From positions 10,645 to 74,644 of the forward strand of contig DAHUZL010000143.1 of NCBI GenBank assembly GCA_027306655.1: a stretch of DNA of 64,000 bases, written 5' to 3'. This document shows positions 1 to 10,169 of this stretch, piece after piece (position 1 is the first letter of the stretch; each line of letters starts with the position of its first letter). Under the pieces are notes generated by a model, which saw only the letters and a program-made list of their open reading frames with translations, was not told where the DNA came from and did not search any database. This DNA is from Candidatus Dormiibacterota bacterium (GTDB taxonomy: Bacteria; Chloroflexota; Dormibacteria; Aeolococcales; Bog-877). Made by a program: the position numbers and the translations under genes.

Positions 1-264
1 ATCGGGCCCTGGCGTCGCGGGCCTGCCGCTGGGGCCGGTCCCGGTCGGAGCGGGTGGCCGCGGGGGGAGGGGGACGGCCGGCGCGGTGAAGCCGACCCGG
101 CGATTCCCGTCGGGCTCGCGGACGCGGCGGAGGAGGTAGCGGACGTGGCCGTCCACCGCCACCGCGAGGAAGAGGTCGTAGCCCTCGGCCACGGCGAGCC
201 GGTTGACCTCCTCGAGGTCGGCGGCCTCGCGGTACTCGTGGATCGGCACGGCGGGGCTGGGCAT
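1..264 (-). CDS. Small hypothetical protein, runs off the window edge (MPSPAVPIHEYREAADLEEVNRLAVAEGYDLFLAVAVDGHVRYLLRR...)
   Basis: ATG at 264 (minus) preceded by GAGGA; protein-like translation; divergent from rpsA; not in the ORF track because it is incomplete. Confidence 0.5.
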   Translation of the reverse strand, partial: MPSPAVPIHEYREAADLEEVNRLAVAEGYDLFLAVAVDGHVRYLLRRVREPDGNRRVGFTAPAVPLPPRPPAPTGTGPSGRPATPGPD

Positions 265-300
265 GAGGCGTCCTCGGTGGCGGTGGGGCGGTGGTGGCAC

Positions 301-309
301 TGTTATACT
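301..309 (+). promoter_or_regulatory. Extended -10 promoter element (TG-n-TATACT) upstream of rpsA
   Basis: tgttatact in an otherwise GC-rich intergenic region. Confidence 0.55.
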
Positions 310-392
310 CTCGCCCGGCCGGCGCGCCGACGCGGCGCGCAGGACCGCGTGCGCCCTGCACACCCCCGTCCCCTGGGAGATCACGCCCCGCC

Positions 393-1865
393 TTGAGCCC
401 CGACGAGAGCGGCAGCAACGGCCAGCACCCGCAGGTCTACGCCTCGATGGAGGAGTACCTGCGCATCGGCGCCGACGCCATCCGGACCCTCACCTACGGC
501 GACATCGTCGACGGGACGGTGGTGCGGGTCGATCCCGATGAGGTCCTGGTCGACATCGGGGCGAAGTCGGAGGGGGTGATCAGCAACCGGGAGCTGGCCG
601 GGCGGGCCGAGGAACCGGTGGTGCTCCGTCCCGGCGACCAGGTCAAGGTGTACGTGCTCCAGTCCGAGAACGACGACGGCAACGTCGTCCTCAGCCTCCG
701 GCGCGCCCGCGCCGAGGGGATCTGGGCCAAGGCGGCGGAGAAGGAGAGCAGTGGCGAGGGAGTGGAGGCCGAGGTCCGCGAGCAGAACAAGGGCGGCCTC
801 ATCGTCAACATCATGGGGCTGCGCGGTTTCCTGCCCAGCTCCCAGGTCGCCCGGGCCCATTCCGGGAACCTCATGGAGCTGGTCGGGCAGCGGATCATGG
901 TCAAGATCCTGGAGGTCAATCGCAAGCGCAACCGGCTGATCGTCAGCCAGCGCGCCGCCCAGGACGAGGACCGGGCCCGCCAGCGCGAGGAGCTCTTCGA
1001 ACGCCTCACGGTGGGCGACGTCGTCAGCGGGCGGGTGAGCGGGCTCACGTCGTACGGCGGCTTCGTCAACCTCGGCGGCGCCGACGGACTCATCCACATC
1101 AGCGAGCTGGCCTGGGACCGGGTCAGCAACGTGTCGGACATGCTGGCGGTGGGGGATGAGGTCACCGTGAAGGTGATCAAGCTGGACCCCGAGCTCTCCC
1201 GCATCTCGCTCTCGCTGCGGCAGATGAGCGACGATCCCTGGGACACGATCGAGGCCCGGTTCCCCACCGGGGCCGTGGTCGAGGGCACGGTCACCAAGAC
1301 CAAGAAGTACGGCGCCTTCCTCCAGATCGCCGACGGGGTGGAGGGGCTCCTCCACATCAGCGAGCTGTCCTGGGAGCACGTGGAGCGGACCGAGGACGTG
1401 CTCCGGGTCGGCGACGTGGTCAAGGTGCTGGTGCTGCAGGCGGACCGGACCCGGCGGCGGATCTCGCTGTCCCTGCGCCAGCTCTTCCCTCGCCCGGCCG
1501 ACCTGCCGCCCGAGGCCGACGGCGGGGAGCGCGGCTACGATGCCGCGGCCGACTACGTCCCCGACGACGACGAGGACGCCGACCCACCCGGCCGCCCGGC
1601 CGGCCGGGCGGCCGAGGCCGCCGGCCCGGCCGAGCCGCCCCCGGCCGAGGCCGCCAGCGCGGCTGAGCCGCCGCCGGCCGATTCGCCGCCGGCCGATTCG
1701 CCGCCGGACCAGGCCGCGGGCCCGGAGGGGGGCGCGGCGGACCCGGCCCCCCCCTCGCTCGCGGACGCCGAAGAGGGAGCGGAGGCGACGGCGGCGGAGC
1801 CCGGGCCGGAGGCTCAGGCGGTCCCCGCGGGCGGCGAGGCGGCGGAGCCCCGGGCCGATCGCTGA
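393..1865 (+). CDS. rpsA: 30S ribosomal protein S1 (four S1 domains plus low-complexity Pro/Ala/Glu tail)
   Basis: Motifs VDIGAKSEG, NKGGLIV, GFLPSSQ, DGLIHISELAW, EGLLHISELSW; start probably TTG 393 (GGGAGA upstream) or ATG 447. Confidence 0.93.
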   Translation: MSPDESGSNGQHPQVYASMEEYLRIGADAIRTLTYGDIVDGTVVRVDPDEVLVDIGAKSEGVISNRELAGRAEEPVVLRPGDQVKVYVLQSENDDGNVVLSLRRARAEGIWAKAAEKESSGEGVEAEVREQNKGGLIVNIMGLRGFLPSSQVARAHSGNLMELVGQRIMVKILEVNRKRNRLIVSQRAAQDEDRARQREELFERLTVGDVVSGRVSGLTSYGGFVNLGGADGLIHISELAWDRVSNVSDMLAVGDEVTVKVIKLDPELSRISLSLRQMSDDPWDTIEARFPTGAVVEGTVTKTKKYGAFLQIADGVEGLLHISELSWEHVERTEDVLRVGDVVKVLVLQADRTRRRISLSLRQLFPRPADLPPEADGGERGYDAAADYVPDDDEDADPPGRPAGRAAEAAGPAEPPPAEAASAAEPPPADSPPADSPPDQAAGPEGGAADPAPPSLADAEEGAEATAAEPGPEAQAVPAGGEAAEPRADR

Positions 1866-2027
1866 GCGTCGGCGTCGGGGCCTGAGCGCTCGGCCCGTTC
1901 CTCCCGATCGGAATTGGGCATAATGCGGTGGTGGTCCCCCGCGCTCCGGATACGTCTCCCGTCCTGCTCACGCTGGCCGCCTCGGCCCAGCCACCGGTGA
2001 CGCGCGCGGACCCGATGGAGGTGGGCC

Positions 2028-4559
2028 GTGTACGCGTTTGAACGATTCACGGAGCGCGCCAAGAAGGTCCTCACCCTGGCCCAGGAGGAGGCCGAGAAGT
2101 CCCACCACTCCTACATCGGAACCGAGCATCTGCTGCTGGGCCTGCTTCGGGAGAACGAGGGGCTGGCGGCCAAGGTCCTGGCCAGCCTGGGGGTGGAGAT
2201 CGGCAAGGTGCGGGCCACGATCGAGTCGGTGCTGGGACGCAACGAGCGGATCATCATCCAGCAGATCATCCCCACCTCGCGGGTCAAGAAGGTCATCGAG
2301 ATCTCCTTCGAGGAGGCTCGCCGGATGGGGCACAACTACGTCGGCACCGAGCACCTGCTGCTCGGGCTCCTGATCGAGGGCGACGGGATCGCCGCTCACG
2401 TGCTGGAGGATCTCGGCGCGACCCTGGAGAAGGTGCGGGGCGAGATTGACCGGCAGCTGCGCGACCGCGCCCTCGACGACGAGGTGCCGCAGGAGAAGAA
2501 GCGCCCCACCAAGACCCCGCTCCTGGACCAGTTCTGCCGCGACCTCACCGAGCTCGCCCAGAAGAACCAGCTCGACCCCGTGATCGGGCGCGAGGGGGAG
2601 ATCGAGCGGGTGGTGCAGATCCTCTCCCGCCGGACCAAGAACAACCCCGCCCTGATCGGCGAGCCGGGGGTCGGCAAGACCGCGATCGCCGAGGGGCTGG
2701 CCCAGGCGATCGTGCACGGCAACATCCCCGAGTCGCTGCTGGGCAAGCGCGTCCTCACCCTCGACATGGGGGGCCTGGTGGCGGGGACCAAGTACCGGGG
2801 CGAGTTCGAGGAGCGGCTGAAGAAGATCCTCGACGAGATCCGCTCCTCCCGCGAGGTGGTCCTCTTCATTGATGAGCTGCACACCCTGGTCGGCGCCGGC
2901 GCCGCCGAGGGGGCCATCGATGCCGCCAACATCCTCAAGCCGGCCTTGGCTCGGGGCGAGATCCAGTGCATCGGGGCCACCACCCTCAACGAGTACCGCA
3001 AGTACATCGAGAAGGATGCCGCCCTGGAGCGTCGCTTCCAGCCCGTCTTCGTGGAGGAGCCGAAGCTGGACGAGACCGTCCAGATCCTCACCGGCGTGCG
3101 CAGCCTCTACGAGAAGCACCACCGGGTGCACATCACCGACGAGGCGGTGCGGGCGGCGGCGGAGCTCTCCGGCCGCTACGTGAGCGACCGGGCCTGGCCC
3201 GACAAGGCGATCGACCTCATCGACGAGGCCTCGGCGCGGGTGCGGATGAAGTTGACCACCACCCCTCCTGAGCTGCGCCAGATGCAGCAGCGAATCCGCG
3301 AGCTGCGGCTCCAGAAGGAGGACGCGATCGAGCGGCAGGACTATGAGAAGGCGGCCGGCTTCCGTGACGAGGAGCGGCACCAGCAGGATGCCCACGATGC
3401 CGCCCAGACCGCCTGGCGCGAGGAGCTGGGGCTGACCACGCCCGACGTCAACGAGCACCACATCGCCGACATTGTGTCCTCCTGGACGGGGGTCCCGGTG
3501 ACGCGGCTGGTGGAGGCGGAGACGACCCGACTGCTGCGGATGGAGGACGAGGTCCACCGCCGCCTGATCGGCCAGGACGAGGCGGTGAAGGTCGTCTGTC
3601 AGGCGGTGCGGAGGGCCCGGGCCGGGCTCAAGGACCCCCGCCGGCCGATCGGCTCGTTCATCTTCCTGGGTCCCACCGGGGTCGGCAAGACCGAGCTGGC
3701 CCGGTCGCTGGCGGCGTTCCTGTTCGACAACGAGGACGCCGTGGTCCGCCTCGACATGTCGGAGTTCGCCGAGCGCCATTCGACGGCTCGGCTGGTGGGT
3801 TCGCCGCCGGGCTACGTGGGCTACGACGAGGGCGGCCAGCTCACCGAGGCGATCCGGCGCCGTCCCTACAGCGTCGTCCTCCTCGACGAGCTGGAGAAGG
3901 CGCATCCCGACTTCTTCAACATGCTTCTGCAGATCCTGGAGGACGGCCGCCTCACTGACGCCAAGGGCAAGGCGGTCAACTTCGCCAACACGATCGTGAT
4001 CATGACCAGCAATCTCGGCCTCCAGGGGCTGAAGGCGAATGTGTCGATGGGATTCCAGCCGTCCATGGTCGACGGCGCCGGACAGGACCAGGAGCACAGC
4101 CGGATGCGGGACAAGATCATGGAGGAGCTGAAGCGCGCCTTCCGGCCGGAGTTCCTCAACCGGGTCGATGCGGTGGTCGTGTTCCACCGCCTCCAGCCCA
4201 GCGAGATGCGCCAGATCGTGGAGCTGATGCTGGTCCGGATCAGCACGCACCTGGTCACCCAGGGCCTCACGTTCACCGTCACCGACGCTGCCAAGGACAT
4301 GATCGCGGCGGAGGGATTCGACAAGCTGTACGGCGCCCGGCCGCTGCGGCGCGTGATCCAGCGGTCGATCGAGGACCCGCTCAGCGAGGCCCTGCTGCAG
4401 ACCCGGTTCGCGGTCGGGGACGAGGTGGTGGTCGACGTCGACGAGGGCCGGCTGCGCACCCGGGTCGTGACCGCCGCTCCCCGACTGGAGCCGGCGGTGC
4501 CGCCCCCGCCCCTGGAGCCGGCGGCCGGCGCGGCACCCGGAAGCGGCGAGAGCCGCTGA
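2028..4559 (+). CDS. clpC: ATP-dependent Clp protease ATPase subunit ClpC
   Basis: Two Clp_N repeats ([22 protein letters not shown]), Walker A GEPGVGKT and [11 protein letters not shown] segment QDYEKAA, ClpP-docking MGF loop, GARPLRR. Confidence 0.97.
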   Translation: MYAFERFTERAKKVLTLAQEEAEKSHHSYIGTEHLLLGLLRENEGLAAKVLASLGVEIGKVRATIESVLGRNERIIIQQIIPTSRVKKVIEISFEEARRMGHNYVGTEHLLLGLLIEGDGIAAHVLEDLGATLEKVRGEIDRQLRDRALDDEVPQEKKRPTKTPLLDQFCRDLTELAQKNQLDPVIGREGEIERVVQILSRRTKNNPALIGEPGVGKTAIAEGLAQAIVHGNIPESLLGKRVLTLDMGGLVAGTKYRGEFEERLKKILDEIRSSREVVLFIDELHTLVGAGAAEGAIDAANILKPALARGEIQCIGATTLNEYRKYIEKDAALERRFQPVFVEEPKLDETVQILTGVRSLYEKHHRVHITDEAVRAAAELSGRYVSDRAWPDKAIDLIDEASARVRMKLTTTPPELRQMQQRIRELRLQKEDAIERQDYEKAAGFRDEERHQQDAHDAAQTAWREELGLTTPDVNEHHIADIVSSWTGVPVTRLVEAETTRLLRMEDEVHRRLIGQDEAVKVVCQAVRRARAGLKDPRRPIGSFIFLGPTGVGKTELARSLAAFLFDNEDAVVRLDMSEFAERHSTARLVGSPPGYVGYDEGGQLTEAIRRRPYSVVLLDELEKAHPDFFNMLLQILEDGRLTDAKGKAVNFANTIVIMTSNLGLQGLKANVSMGFQPSMVDGAGQDQEHSRMRDKIMEELKRAFRPEFLNRVDAVVVFHRLQPSEMRQIVELMLVRISTHLVTQGLTFTVTDAAKDMIAAEGFDKLYGARPLRRVIQRSIEDPLSEALLQTRFAVGDEVVVDVDEGRLRTRVVTAAPRLEPAVPPPPLEPAAGAAPGSGESR

Positions 4560-4600
4560 CGGCGTCGCGGCACGCGCGGCAGGGCGCGAGCGGCCCCGCG

Positions 4601-5788
4601 ATGCCGGTGAGGGTGCGGACGGCGGCCGAGGACCGCTCCCCGCCGGACCCGGCCGTCTCCGCACCCGACCCCCCTCCGGTCCCGCGTCGCGCGGACCGGA
4701 TCGCCCGGGTGGCCGGGATGGGGGTTGGGGCGGTGGTCGGGACCCTCTACGCCACCGTGCTGATCCAGGCGGTGCGGGGGCCTCTGTTCACCGCGCCGGC
4801 GGCGGTGGTCACGATCGTGGTGGGGCTCGGGGTGGGGTGCGCCGCCGGCTATCTGGTCGGCCCCAGCGTCACCGTCCGTCCCTACCGGTGGGCGACCGCG
4901 ACGCTGGCCGCGACCCCATTCGGCGAGCTGGTCGGCGGGGTGGTCGGGGGCGGAGCCGGGCTGGCGGTGGCCGCGCTGGTCGCGGTGGTCTTCGTCGCCC
5001 TCCCCTACGGGCTGGGCTGGCTGGTGGCGCTGGTGACGGCGGCGATGGCGGTCCCGATCGGGGTCACCGTGGGGCGGGCGCGCCGCCGCGACCTGGCCGA
5101 CCTCGGGCTGACCCGCGGCGACGTGTCCGCGGGGGCGGCCGCGGCTCCGGGGGTGGTGCTGGTGGACACCAGCGCGATCGTGGATCGGCGTCTTCTCGAC
5201 CTCGCCCGGGCCGGCTTCTGGCTCTACCCGCTCACCGTGCCCCGGTTCGTTGTGGTGGAGCTGCAGGAGCTGGCGGACTCCGCCGCGCCCGCCCGCCGGG
5301 CCCGGGGACGGCGCGGCCTGGAGCAGCTCGCCGCGCTGCGCGAGCTGCCCACGGTCCGGGTGGACCTCCTCGATTTGGATTTCCCCGCCATCGACCAGGT
5401 CGACCTGCGGCTGATTCGGGTGGCGCGCGAGCGGGGGGCCGCCCTCTGCACCGTGGACTACAACCTGGACCAGGTCGCCCGGGTGGAGGGGATCACCGTG
5501 CTCAACCTCAACCGGCTGGCGGCGGCGCTGCGGACGCCGCTGCAGCCGGGCGAGACGGTCACCCTCGAGATCCAGCGGGAGGGGCGCGAGAGCGGCCAGG
5601 GCCTGGGGTACCTCGACGACGGCACGATGGTCCTGGTCGACGGCGGGGCGGGGATGGTGGGGGCGTCGGTCCGCCTGGTGGTTCGGTCGGTGCGGCAGAC
5701 GGCCACCGGACGGATGGTGTTCGCGCGTCTCGCGGAGGGGGAGCCGGAGGCTCCCCCGGCCGTCGGGGCCGCCCCGACCGAGGCGTGA
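4601..5788 (+). CDS. Membrane PIN/TRAM domain protein (YacL family)
   Basis: N-terminal TM helices, PIN motif VLVDTSAIVD, DYNL, TRAM GYLDDGTMV...GRMVFA; located between clpC and ispD. Confidence 0.9.
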   Translation: MPVRVRTAAEDRSPPDPAVSAPDPPPVPRRADRIARVAGMGVGAVVGTLYATVLIQAVRGPLFTAPAAVVTIVVGLGVGCAAGYLVGPSVTVRPYRWATATLAATPFGELVGGVVGGGAGLAVAALVAVVFVALPYGLGWLVALVTAAMAVPIGVTVGRARRRDLADLGLTRGDVSAGAAAAPGVVLVDTSAIVDRRLLDLARAGFWLYPLTVPRFVVVELQELADSAAPARRARGRRGLEQLAALRELPTVRVDLLDLDFPAIDQVDLRLIRVARERGAALCTVDYNLDQVARVEGITVLNLNRLAAALRTPLQPGETVTLEIQREGRESGQGLGYLDDGTMVLVDGGAGMVGASVRLVVRSVRQTATGRMVFARLAEGEPEAPPAVGAAPTEA

Positions 5789-6483
5789 CCGGCACCCTGG
5801 GCCGGGTCGCCGCGCTGGTGCCGGCGGCCGGCAGTGGCCAGCGCTTCGGGGGGTCCAAGCTGTGGGCCCCGCTCGGGGGCCGGCCGGTGCTCGCCTGGAC
5901 GCTCGCGGCTCTCGCCGACCCCACCTGCGGGATCGACCAGCTGGTGGTCGTGGCCGCGCCCGCCGACCACGCCCGGGTCCAGGAGCTGGCCGGGTCGGTG
6001 GCGGGGCGGCTCGACTGCACCGTGGTGGCGGGGGGGGCGCGCCGCCAGGATTCGGTGGCGGCCGGGCTCCGCGCCTGCACCACCGCCTTGGTTGTGGTCC
6101 ACGACGCCGCCCGCCCGCTGGCGCCGCCCGCGCTCGTCGCCGCCGTCCTGGCCGCCGCCCGCGACCATGGAGCGGCGACCGCCGCCTGCCCGGCAGTGGA
6201 CACCACCGCCGTGGGCGGGCCCGACGGTCTGGAGCGCGTCCTCGATCGCACCACCGTGATGTCCGTCCAGACCCCGCAGGCGTTTCGGGCCGACTGGTTG
6301 CGCGACGCCCACGCCGCGGCCCGGGGAGCGAACCGGACGGCGGACGACGACGCCGGTCTGGTGCTGGCGATCGGCCATCCGGTGGCGGTGGTCGAGGGCG
6401 ACCGGCGCAACCGCAAGGTCACCGATCCCGACGACCTGGTGATGCTCGCGGCGTGGCTGGGCCTGGCCCCGGCGGCGTCGTGA
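5785..6483 (+). CDS. ispD: 2-C-methyl-D-erythritol 4-phosphate cytidylyltransferase
   Basis: PAAGSGQRFG, GGARRQDSV, VHDAARP, VQTPQAF, NRKVT; GTG overlaps the previous stop. Confidence 0.93.
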   Translation: MTGTLGRVAALVPAAGSGQRFGGSKLWAPLGGRPVLAWTLAALADPTCGIDQLVVVAAPADHARVQELAGSVAGRLDCTVVAGGARRQDSVAAGLRACTTALVVVHDAARPLAPPALVAAVLAAARDHGAATAACPAVDTTAVGGPDGLERVLDRTTVMSVQTPQAFRADWLRDAHAAARGANRTADDDAGLVLAIGHPVAVVEGDRRNRKVTDPDDLVMLAAWLGLAPAAS

Positions 6484-6983
6484 GCTCCGAGCCCGTTCGC
6501 CCGTGCGGGCTGCGGGTGGGCCTGGGGGTGGACGTCCACGGCTTCGGTGGCTCCGGGCCGCTCCGTCTGGGAGGCGTCAGCGTCCCACACCCGGTCGGCC
6601 TGGTGGGGCACTCCGACGGGGATGCCCTCTGCCACGCGGTGGCCGACGCGGTCCTCGGCGCCGCCGGACTGCCCGACCTCGGCCACCACTTCCCACCCGG
6701 CGACCCCGCCACCCGGGGGGCGGACTCGGTGGCGCTGCTGCGCCATGCGATCCGACTGGCGGCCGCGGCGGGCTGGGCCCTGGGCAACTGCGACGCCACC
6801 GTGGTCGCGGAGGCGCCCCGGCTCGCTCCCCACACGGGGCGGATGGCGGCGGTGCTGGCGGAGGCCTGCGGGGCCGAGCCCGGGTCGGTCGTGGTCAGGG
6901 CCAAGAGCACGGACCGTCTCGGTCTGGTGGGGCGGGGGGAGGGCGTGGTCGCGCTCGCCTCGGTATGCCTGGTGCGACGCTGA
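6480..6983 (+). CDS. ispF: 2-C-methyl-D-erythritol 2,4-cyclodiphosphate synthase
   Basis: GLGVDVH, GHSDGDALCHAVADA, GRGEG. Confidence 0.93.
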   Translation: MSSEPVRPCGLRVGLGVDVHGFGGSGPLRLGGVSVPHPVGLVGHSDGDALCHAVADAVLGAAGLPDLGHHFPPGDPATRGADSVALLRHAIRLAAAAGWALGNCDATVVAEAPRLAPHTGRMAAVLAEACGAEPGSVVVRAKSTDRLGLVGRGEGVVALASVCLVRR

Positions 6984-7036
6984 GCGGGCCGGCGCGGCGG
7001 CGACGATCGACGGCGATAGGATAGCCGAGGCGTCCG

Positions 7037-8476
7037 ATGCAGCTTCGTCTCCACAACACCGCCAGCCGCCGGGTCGAGCGGTTGGACCTGGTCACGCCCG
7101 GCGAGGTCCGCCTCTACACCTGCGGCCCCACCGTGCACGGGCGCGCGCACATCGGCAACCTGCGCACGTACCTCGTCCAGGACTGCCTCCGCCGCCACCT
7201 GGAGGCGTCAGGGCTGCGGGTCCGCCACGTCATGAACATCACCGACGTCGAGGACAAGATCATTCGCAAGGCGAGGGCCGCGGGCACCTCGATCGCCGAT
7301 TTCACCGCGCCCTTCGTCGCCGCCTTTCACGCTGACCTGCAGGCCCTGGGGATCCGAGCGGCCCACCTCTACCCCCGCGCGACGGCGTACATCGACTCGA
7401 TGCTGGAGCTGGTGGCGCGCCTGGAGGCGGGCGGGTTCACCTACACGGTGGACGGATCGGTGTACTTCCGGGTCTCCGCCTTTCCCGCCTACGGCCGTCT
7501 GGCCGGGCTGGACGTGGCGGGGCTGCGCGCGGGCGGCAGCGGCCGCGTCGACGCCGACGAGTACGAAGCCAAGGAAGAGGCCCGCGATTTCGTCCTCTGG
7601 AAGGCGGCCCGGCCCACCGATGGCATCAGCTGGCCGTCGCGCTACGGTCCCGGTCGGCCCGGCTGGCACCTGGAGTGCTCCACCATCGCGATGGCCGAGC
7701 TGGGCGAGACGATCGACCTCCACTGTGGCGGCGTCGACCTGATCTTCCCCCATCACGAGAACGAGATCGCCCAGTCGGAGGCCGCCACCGGCCACCCCTT
7801 CGTGCGCCACTGGATGCACGCGGAGCACCTCCTCCTGGGCGGCGCCAAGATGGCGAAGTCGGACGGAATTCCGGTCACCCTGGAGGAGCTGGGCCGCCGC
7901 GGCGTCGATCCCGTGGTGGTCCGCTTCCTCCTCCTCGCCGGCGCCCACTATCGCCACAAGCTCCACTTCCAGGAGGTCGAGCTGGCGGGGGCCGCCGATG
8001 CGGTGGACCGCCTCTGCGGATTCCGTCGGCGGGTGAGCGAGCTCGCCGCCGCCGACGGGGCCGGGTCCGGCGCCGACGACCGTCTGGGGCGGCTGGCGGC
8101 GGAGTCGACCACGCGCTTCACCGCCGCGCTCGACGACGACCTCAACCTGCCCGGCGGGATCGCAGCGGCCTTCGACCTCGTGCGCGAGGGCAACCGTCTT
8201 CTCGATGCCGGCGAGGCCGGCCCCGCCGGGGCGCGGGCCGTCGCCACCGCGCTGTCCCAGATGGATGACGTGCTCGGCGTCATGCCCGACGGGGCCGGGC
8301 GGACGGCCGGGGCAGGACCGCTCGGGACCGAGGCGCAGCGGCTCCTGGAGCAGCGGGAGGCGGCCCGGCGGGCCCGCGACTTCGCGACCGCCGACCGACT
8401 GCGGGCCGAGCTGCGCGCGCTCGGGATCGGTGTCGAGGACCTGCCCCAGGGGACCCGCTGGCACCGGGTCGGCTGA
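7037..8476 (+). CDS. cysS: Cysteine--tRNA ligase
   Basis: CGPTV, HIGN, GRPGWHLECS, FPHHENEIAQ, KMAKS. Confidence 0.97.
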   Translation: MQLRLHNTASRRVERLDLVTPGEVRLYTCGPTVHGRAHIGNLRTYLVQDCLRRHLEASGLRVRHVMNITDVEDKIIRKARAAGTSIADFTAPFVAAFHADLQALGIRAAHLYPRATAYIDSMLELVARLEAGGFTYTVDGSVYFRVSAFPAYGRLAGLDVAGLRAGGSGRVDADEYEAKEEARDFVLWKAARPTDGISWPSRYGPGRPGWHLECSTIAMAELGETIDLHCGGVDLIFPHHENEIAQSEAATGHPFVRHWMHAEHLLLGGAKMAKSDGIPVTLEELGRRGVDPVVVRFLLLAGAHYRHKLHFQEVELAGAADAVDRLCGFRRRVSELAAADGAGSGADDRLGRLAAESTTRFTAALDDDLNLPGGIAAAFDLVREGNRLLDAGEAGPAGARAVATALSQMDDVLGVMPDGAGRTAGAGPLGTEAQRLLEQREAARRARDFATADRLRAELRALGIGVEDLPQGTRWHRVG

Positions 8477-8478
8477 GC

Positions 8479-9261
8479 GTGCCCGAGATCCTCTACGGGC
8501 GCAACCCCGTGCTGGAGGCGCTGCGGGCGGGACGGCAGCCGCGACGGCTGTTGGTGGCGGCGGGGCTGGAGGGAGACCGACGGGTGGCCGAGGTGCTCGC
8601 CCGCACCGCCGACGCCGATGCCCCGGTGGAGGTGACCGAGCGACGACGTCTCGATGACATCGCCCACACCCAGCACCACCAGGGCCTGGTCGCCTACTTC
8701 GACCGGCGCCAGCTGGGCGGATTGCACCGCCTCCGCGAGCTGGTGGCGGACGAGCGGTCAGCCGCCTGGCCGGCTCTGGTCCTCTGCCTCGACGAGGTGC
8801 AGGACCCGCAGAACCTGGGCGCCCTGGTGCGCTCGGCCGAGGCCTGCCGGGTCACCGCGGTGGTGACGCTGCGCCATCGCAGCGCCTCGGTGTCGGCCGC
8901 GGTGGTGAAGGCGTCGGCCGGAGCGACCGAGCACTGCCCTCTGGTCCGGGTGACCAACCTGCGCCAGACCCTGGACGGCCTGCGGTCGTGGGGCGTGTGG
9001 GTGGTCGGCCTCGATGCCGACGCCGCCGAGCGTCACGACGCTCCCGACTACCGGGTGCCGGTGGCGCTCGTGGTGGGGGCCGAGGGGACGGGGATGCGGT
9101 CGCTGACTCGGGCCAGCTGCGACCGCCTGGTGCGCCTGCCGATGGGGGGCCGGGTCCGCTCCCTCAACGCCGCGGTGGCGGGGTCGCTCCTCCTCTACGA
9201 GGTCGCCCGGCAGCGCGACTTCGCCTTCGCGTCCCGGGGGCCGATGCCGGCGGATGGCTGA
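8479..9261 (+). CDS. rlmB: 23S rRNA (guanosine-2251-2'-O)-methyltransferase RlmB
   Basis: YGRNPV, DPQNLGALVRSA, VGAEGTG, SLNAAVA; follows cysS. Confidence 0.92.
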   Translation: MPEILYGRNPVLEALRAGRQPRRLLVAAGLEGDRRVAEVLARTADADAPVEVTERRRLDDIAHTQHHQGLVAYFDRRQLGGLHRLRELVADERSAAWPALVLCLDEVQDPQNLGALVRSAEACRVTAVVTLRHRSASVSAAVVKASAGATEHCPLVRVTNLRQTLDGLRSWGVWVVGLDADAAERHDAPDYRVPVALVVGAEGTGMRSLTRASCDRLVRLPMGGRVRSLNAAVAGSLLLYEVARQRDFAFASRGPMPADG

Positions 9262-9349
9262 CCGAGTGCGCGGCTGGCCGCCGCTCGGCCGGCCCCCGGT
9301 ATGCTGGGGCCGGCGAAGGGTGACCCGGGGCCGGCCAGGATCCGGGGCC

Positions 9350-9421
9350 GCCGGTGTAGCTCAGCGGTAGAGCGGCTGTTTTGTAAACAGCGGGTCCGGG
9401 GTTCGAATCCCCGCGCCGGCT
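9350..9421 (+). tRNA. tRNA-Thr (anticodon UGU)
   Basis: Cloverleaf: acceptor GCCGGTG/CGCCGGC, D-arm GCTC/GAGC, anticodon stem GCTGT/ACAGC with loop TTTGTAA, T-loop TTCGAAT; CCA not fully encoded. Confidence 0.95.
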
Positions 9422-9598
9422 CCCGCCAGGGCTGTTCGAGTTCAGATTGAGCGAGCGTCAGCTAGTTGTGAGCAAGCGACAGTCGCTGTAAAGCGAGGAA
9501 AATGTCTGCATGACACTCACCCTGCCGGAGGTCACCGCAGGTGTCCAGCCTGACCGTACTCGATCCCACTGCCCCCACAGCCCTCAACCGCGTTAGCG

Positions 9599-9615
9599 TC
9601 CACGATCGTGGTGTA
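9599..9615. repeat. Probable IS256-type terminal inverted repeat (partner at 11221-11237)
   Basis: Reverse complement TACACCACGATCGTGGA vs 11221-11237 TACACCACGCTCGTCGA (15/17); TACACCAC resembles IS256 ends. Confidence 0.55.
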
Positions 9616-9783
9616 TGGAGGGAGTCGTCGTCGTCGCCACGGGGTGAGGGTCGAGGAGAGGGGCTCGATAGCCTGGCTCTCCTGGGGAAAACCCCGGGCC
9701 GCCCCTGCCGGCTGCGACGCGTGCCACGAAGAAGGCCACCGCGCCATCCTGAGGAAGCTTCACCAACCTCGGGAGGAACAACG

Positions 9784-10008
9784 ATGGCCCCTACCAGCAT
9801 GGATGTTGCGGCCGGACTGCGCAAGCGGCTGGCGGAGACCGACCCGGACCTGCTCCGGGAGCTGATCGCCACCATGGTGCAGGCGCTGATGGCGGCGGAG
9901 GTGGACGGGATCAGCGGCGTCGGCTACGGGGAGATCAGCCCGGAGCGGGTCAACTCCCGCAACGGCTACCGGCTCTGGCCCTGGGACACCCGGGCGGGCA
10001 GCATCGAG
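9784..10008 (+). pseudogene. IS256-family transposase, N-terminal fragment only
   Basis: DLLRELIATMVQALMAAEV...YGEISPERVNSRNGYR...WDTRAGSIE is a typical IS256 N-terminus; SD GGGAGG; similarity stops abruptly near 10008, with no DDE domain. Confidence 0.85.
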
Positions 10009-10150
10009 CAGCACCACTACGACTCCGAAGTCGCCAGGATGTACCGCGTTCGCCTGGGAACCGAGTCTGGGAGGCCTGAAGGGAGGAGCCAGGCTTCTGG
10101 CAGCGCTATCGGGGCGTGATCTCCGACGATGGCACGCTCATCACCGGCGA
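10009..10150 (+). pseudogene. Frameshifted fragment of a conserved hypothetical protein (QHxxDS..VARxY / PGFWQRYRGVISDDG)
   Basis: Two frames together give a recognisable soil-bacterial hypothetical motif, fused to the transposase stub. Confidence 0.4.
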
Positions 10151-10169
10151 CCCGGTGATGAGCGCTGGA

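Noticed and set aside
1968..4664. 898-aa minus-strand ORF and many other long antisense or alternate-frame ORFs (e.g. 20950-24051, 28343-31081, 35315-37885, 49609-52257)
   Set aside because: Shadow ORFs of well-supported genes; stops are rare at high GC, and the translations are Arg/Pro/Gly-rich with no motifs.
9424..9590. Possible ncRNA or integron attC after the tRNA (weak hairpin GACAC...GTGTC; GTTAGCG core-like site)
   Set aside because: Pairing is short and imperfect, there is no attC architecture or integron integrase, and the GTTAGCG is better explained as the IS end.
9541..10119. 192-aa ORF as an intact gene
   Set aside because: Chimeric read-through of IS leader, transposase stub and an unrelated fragment.
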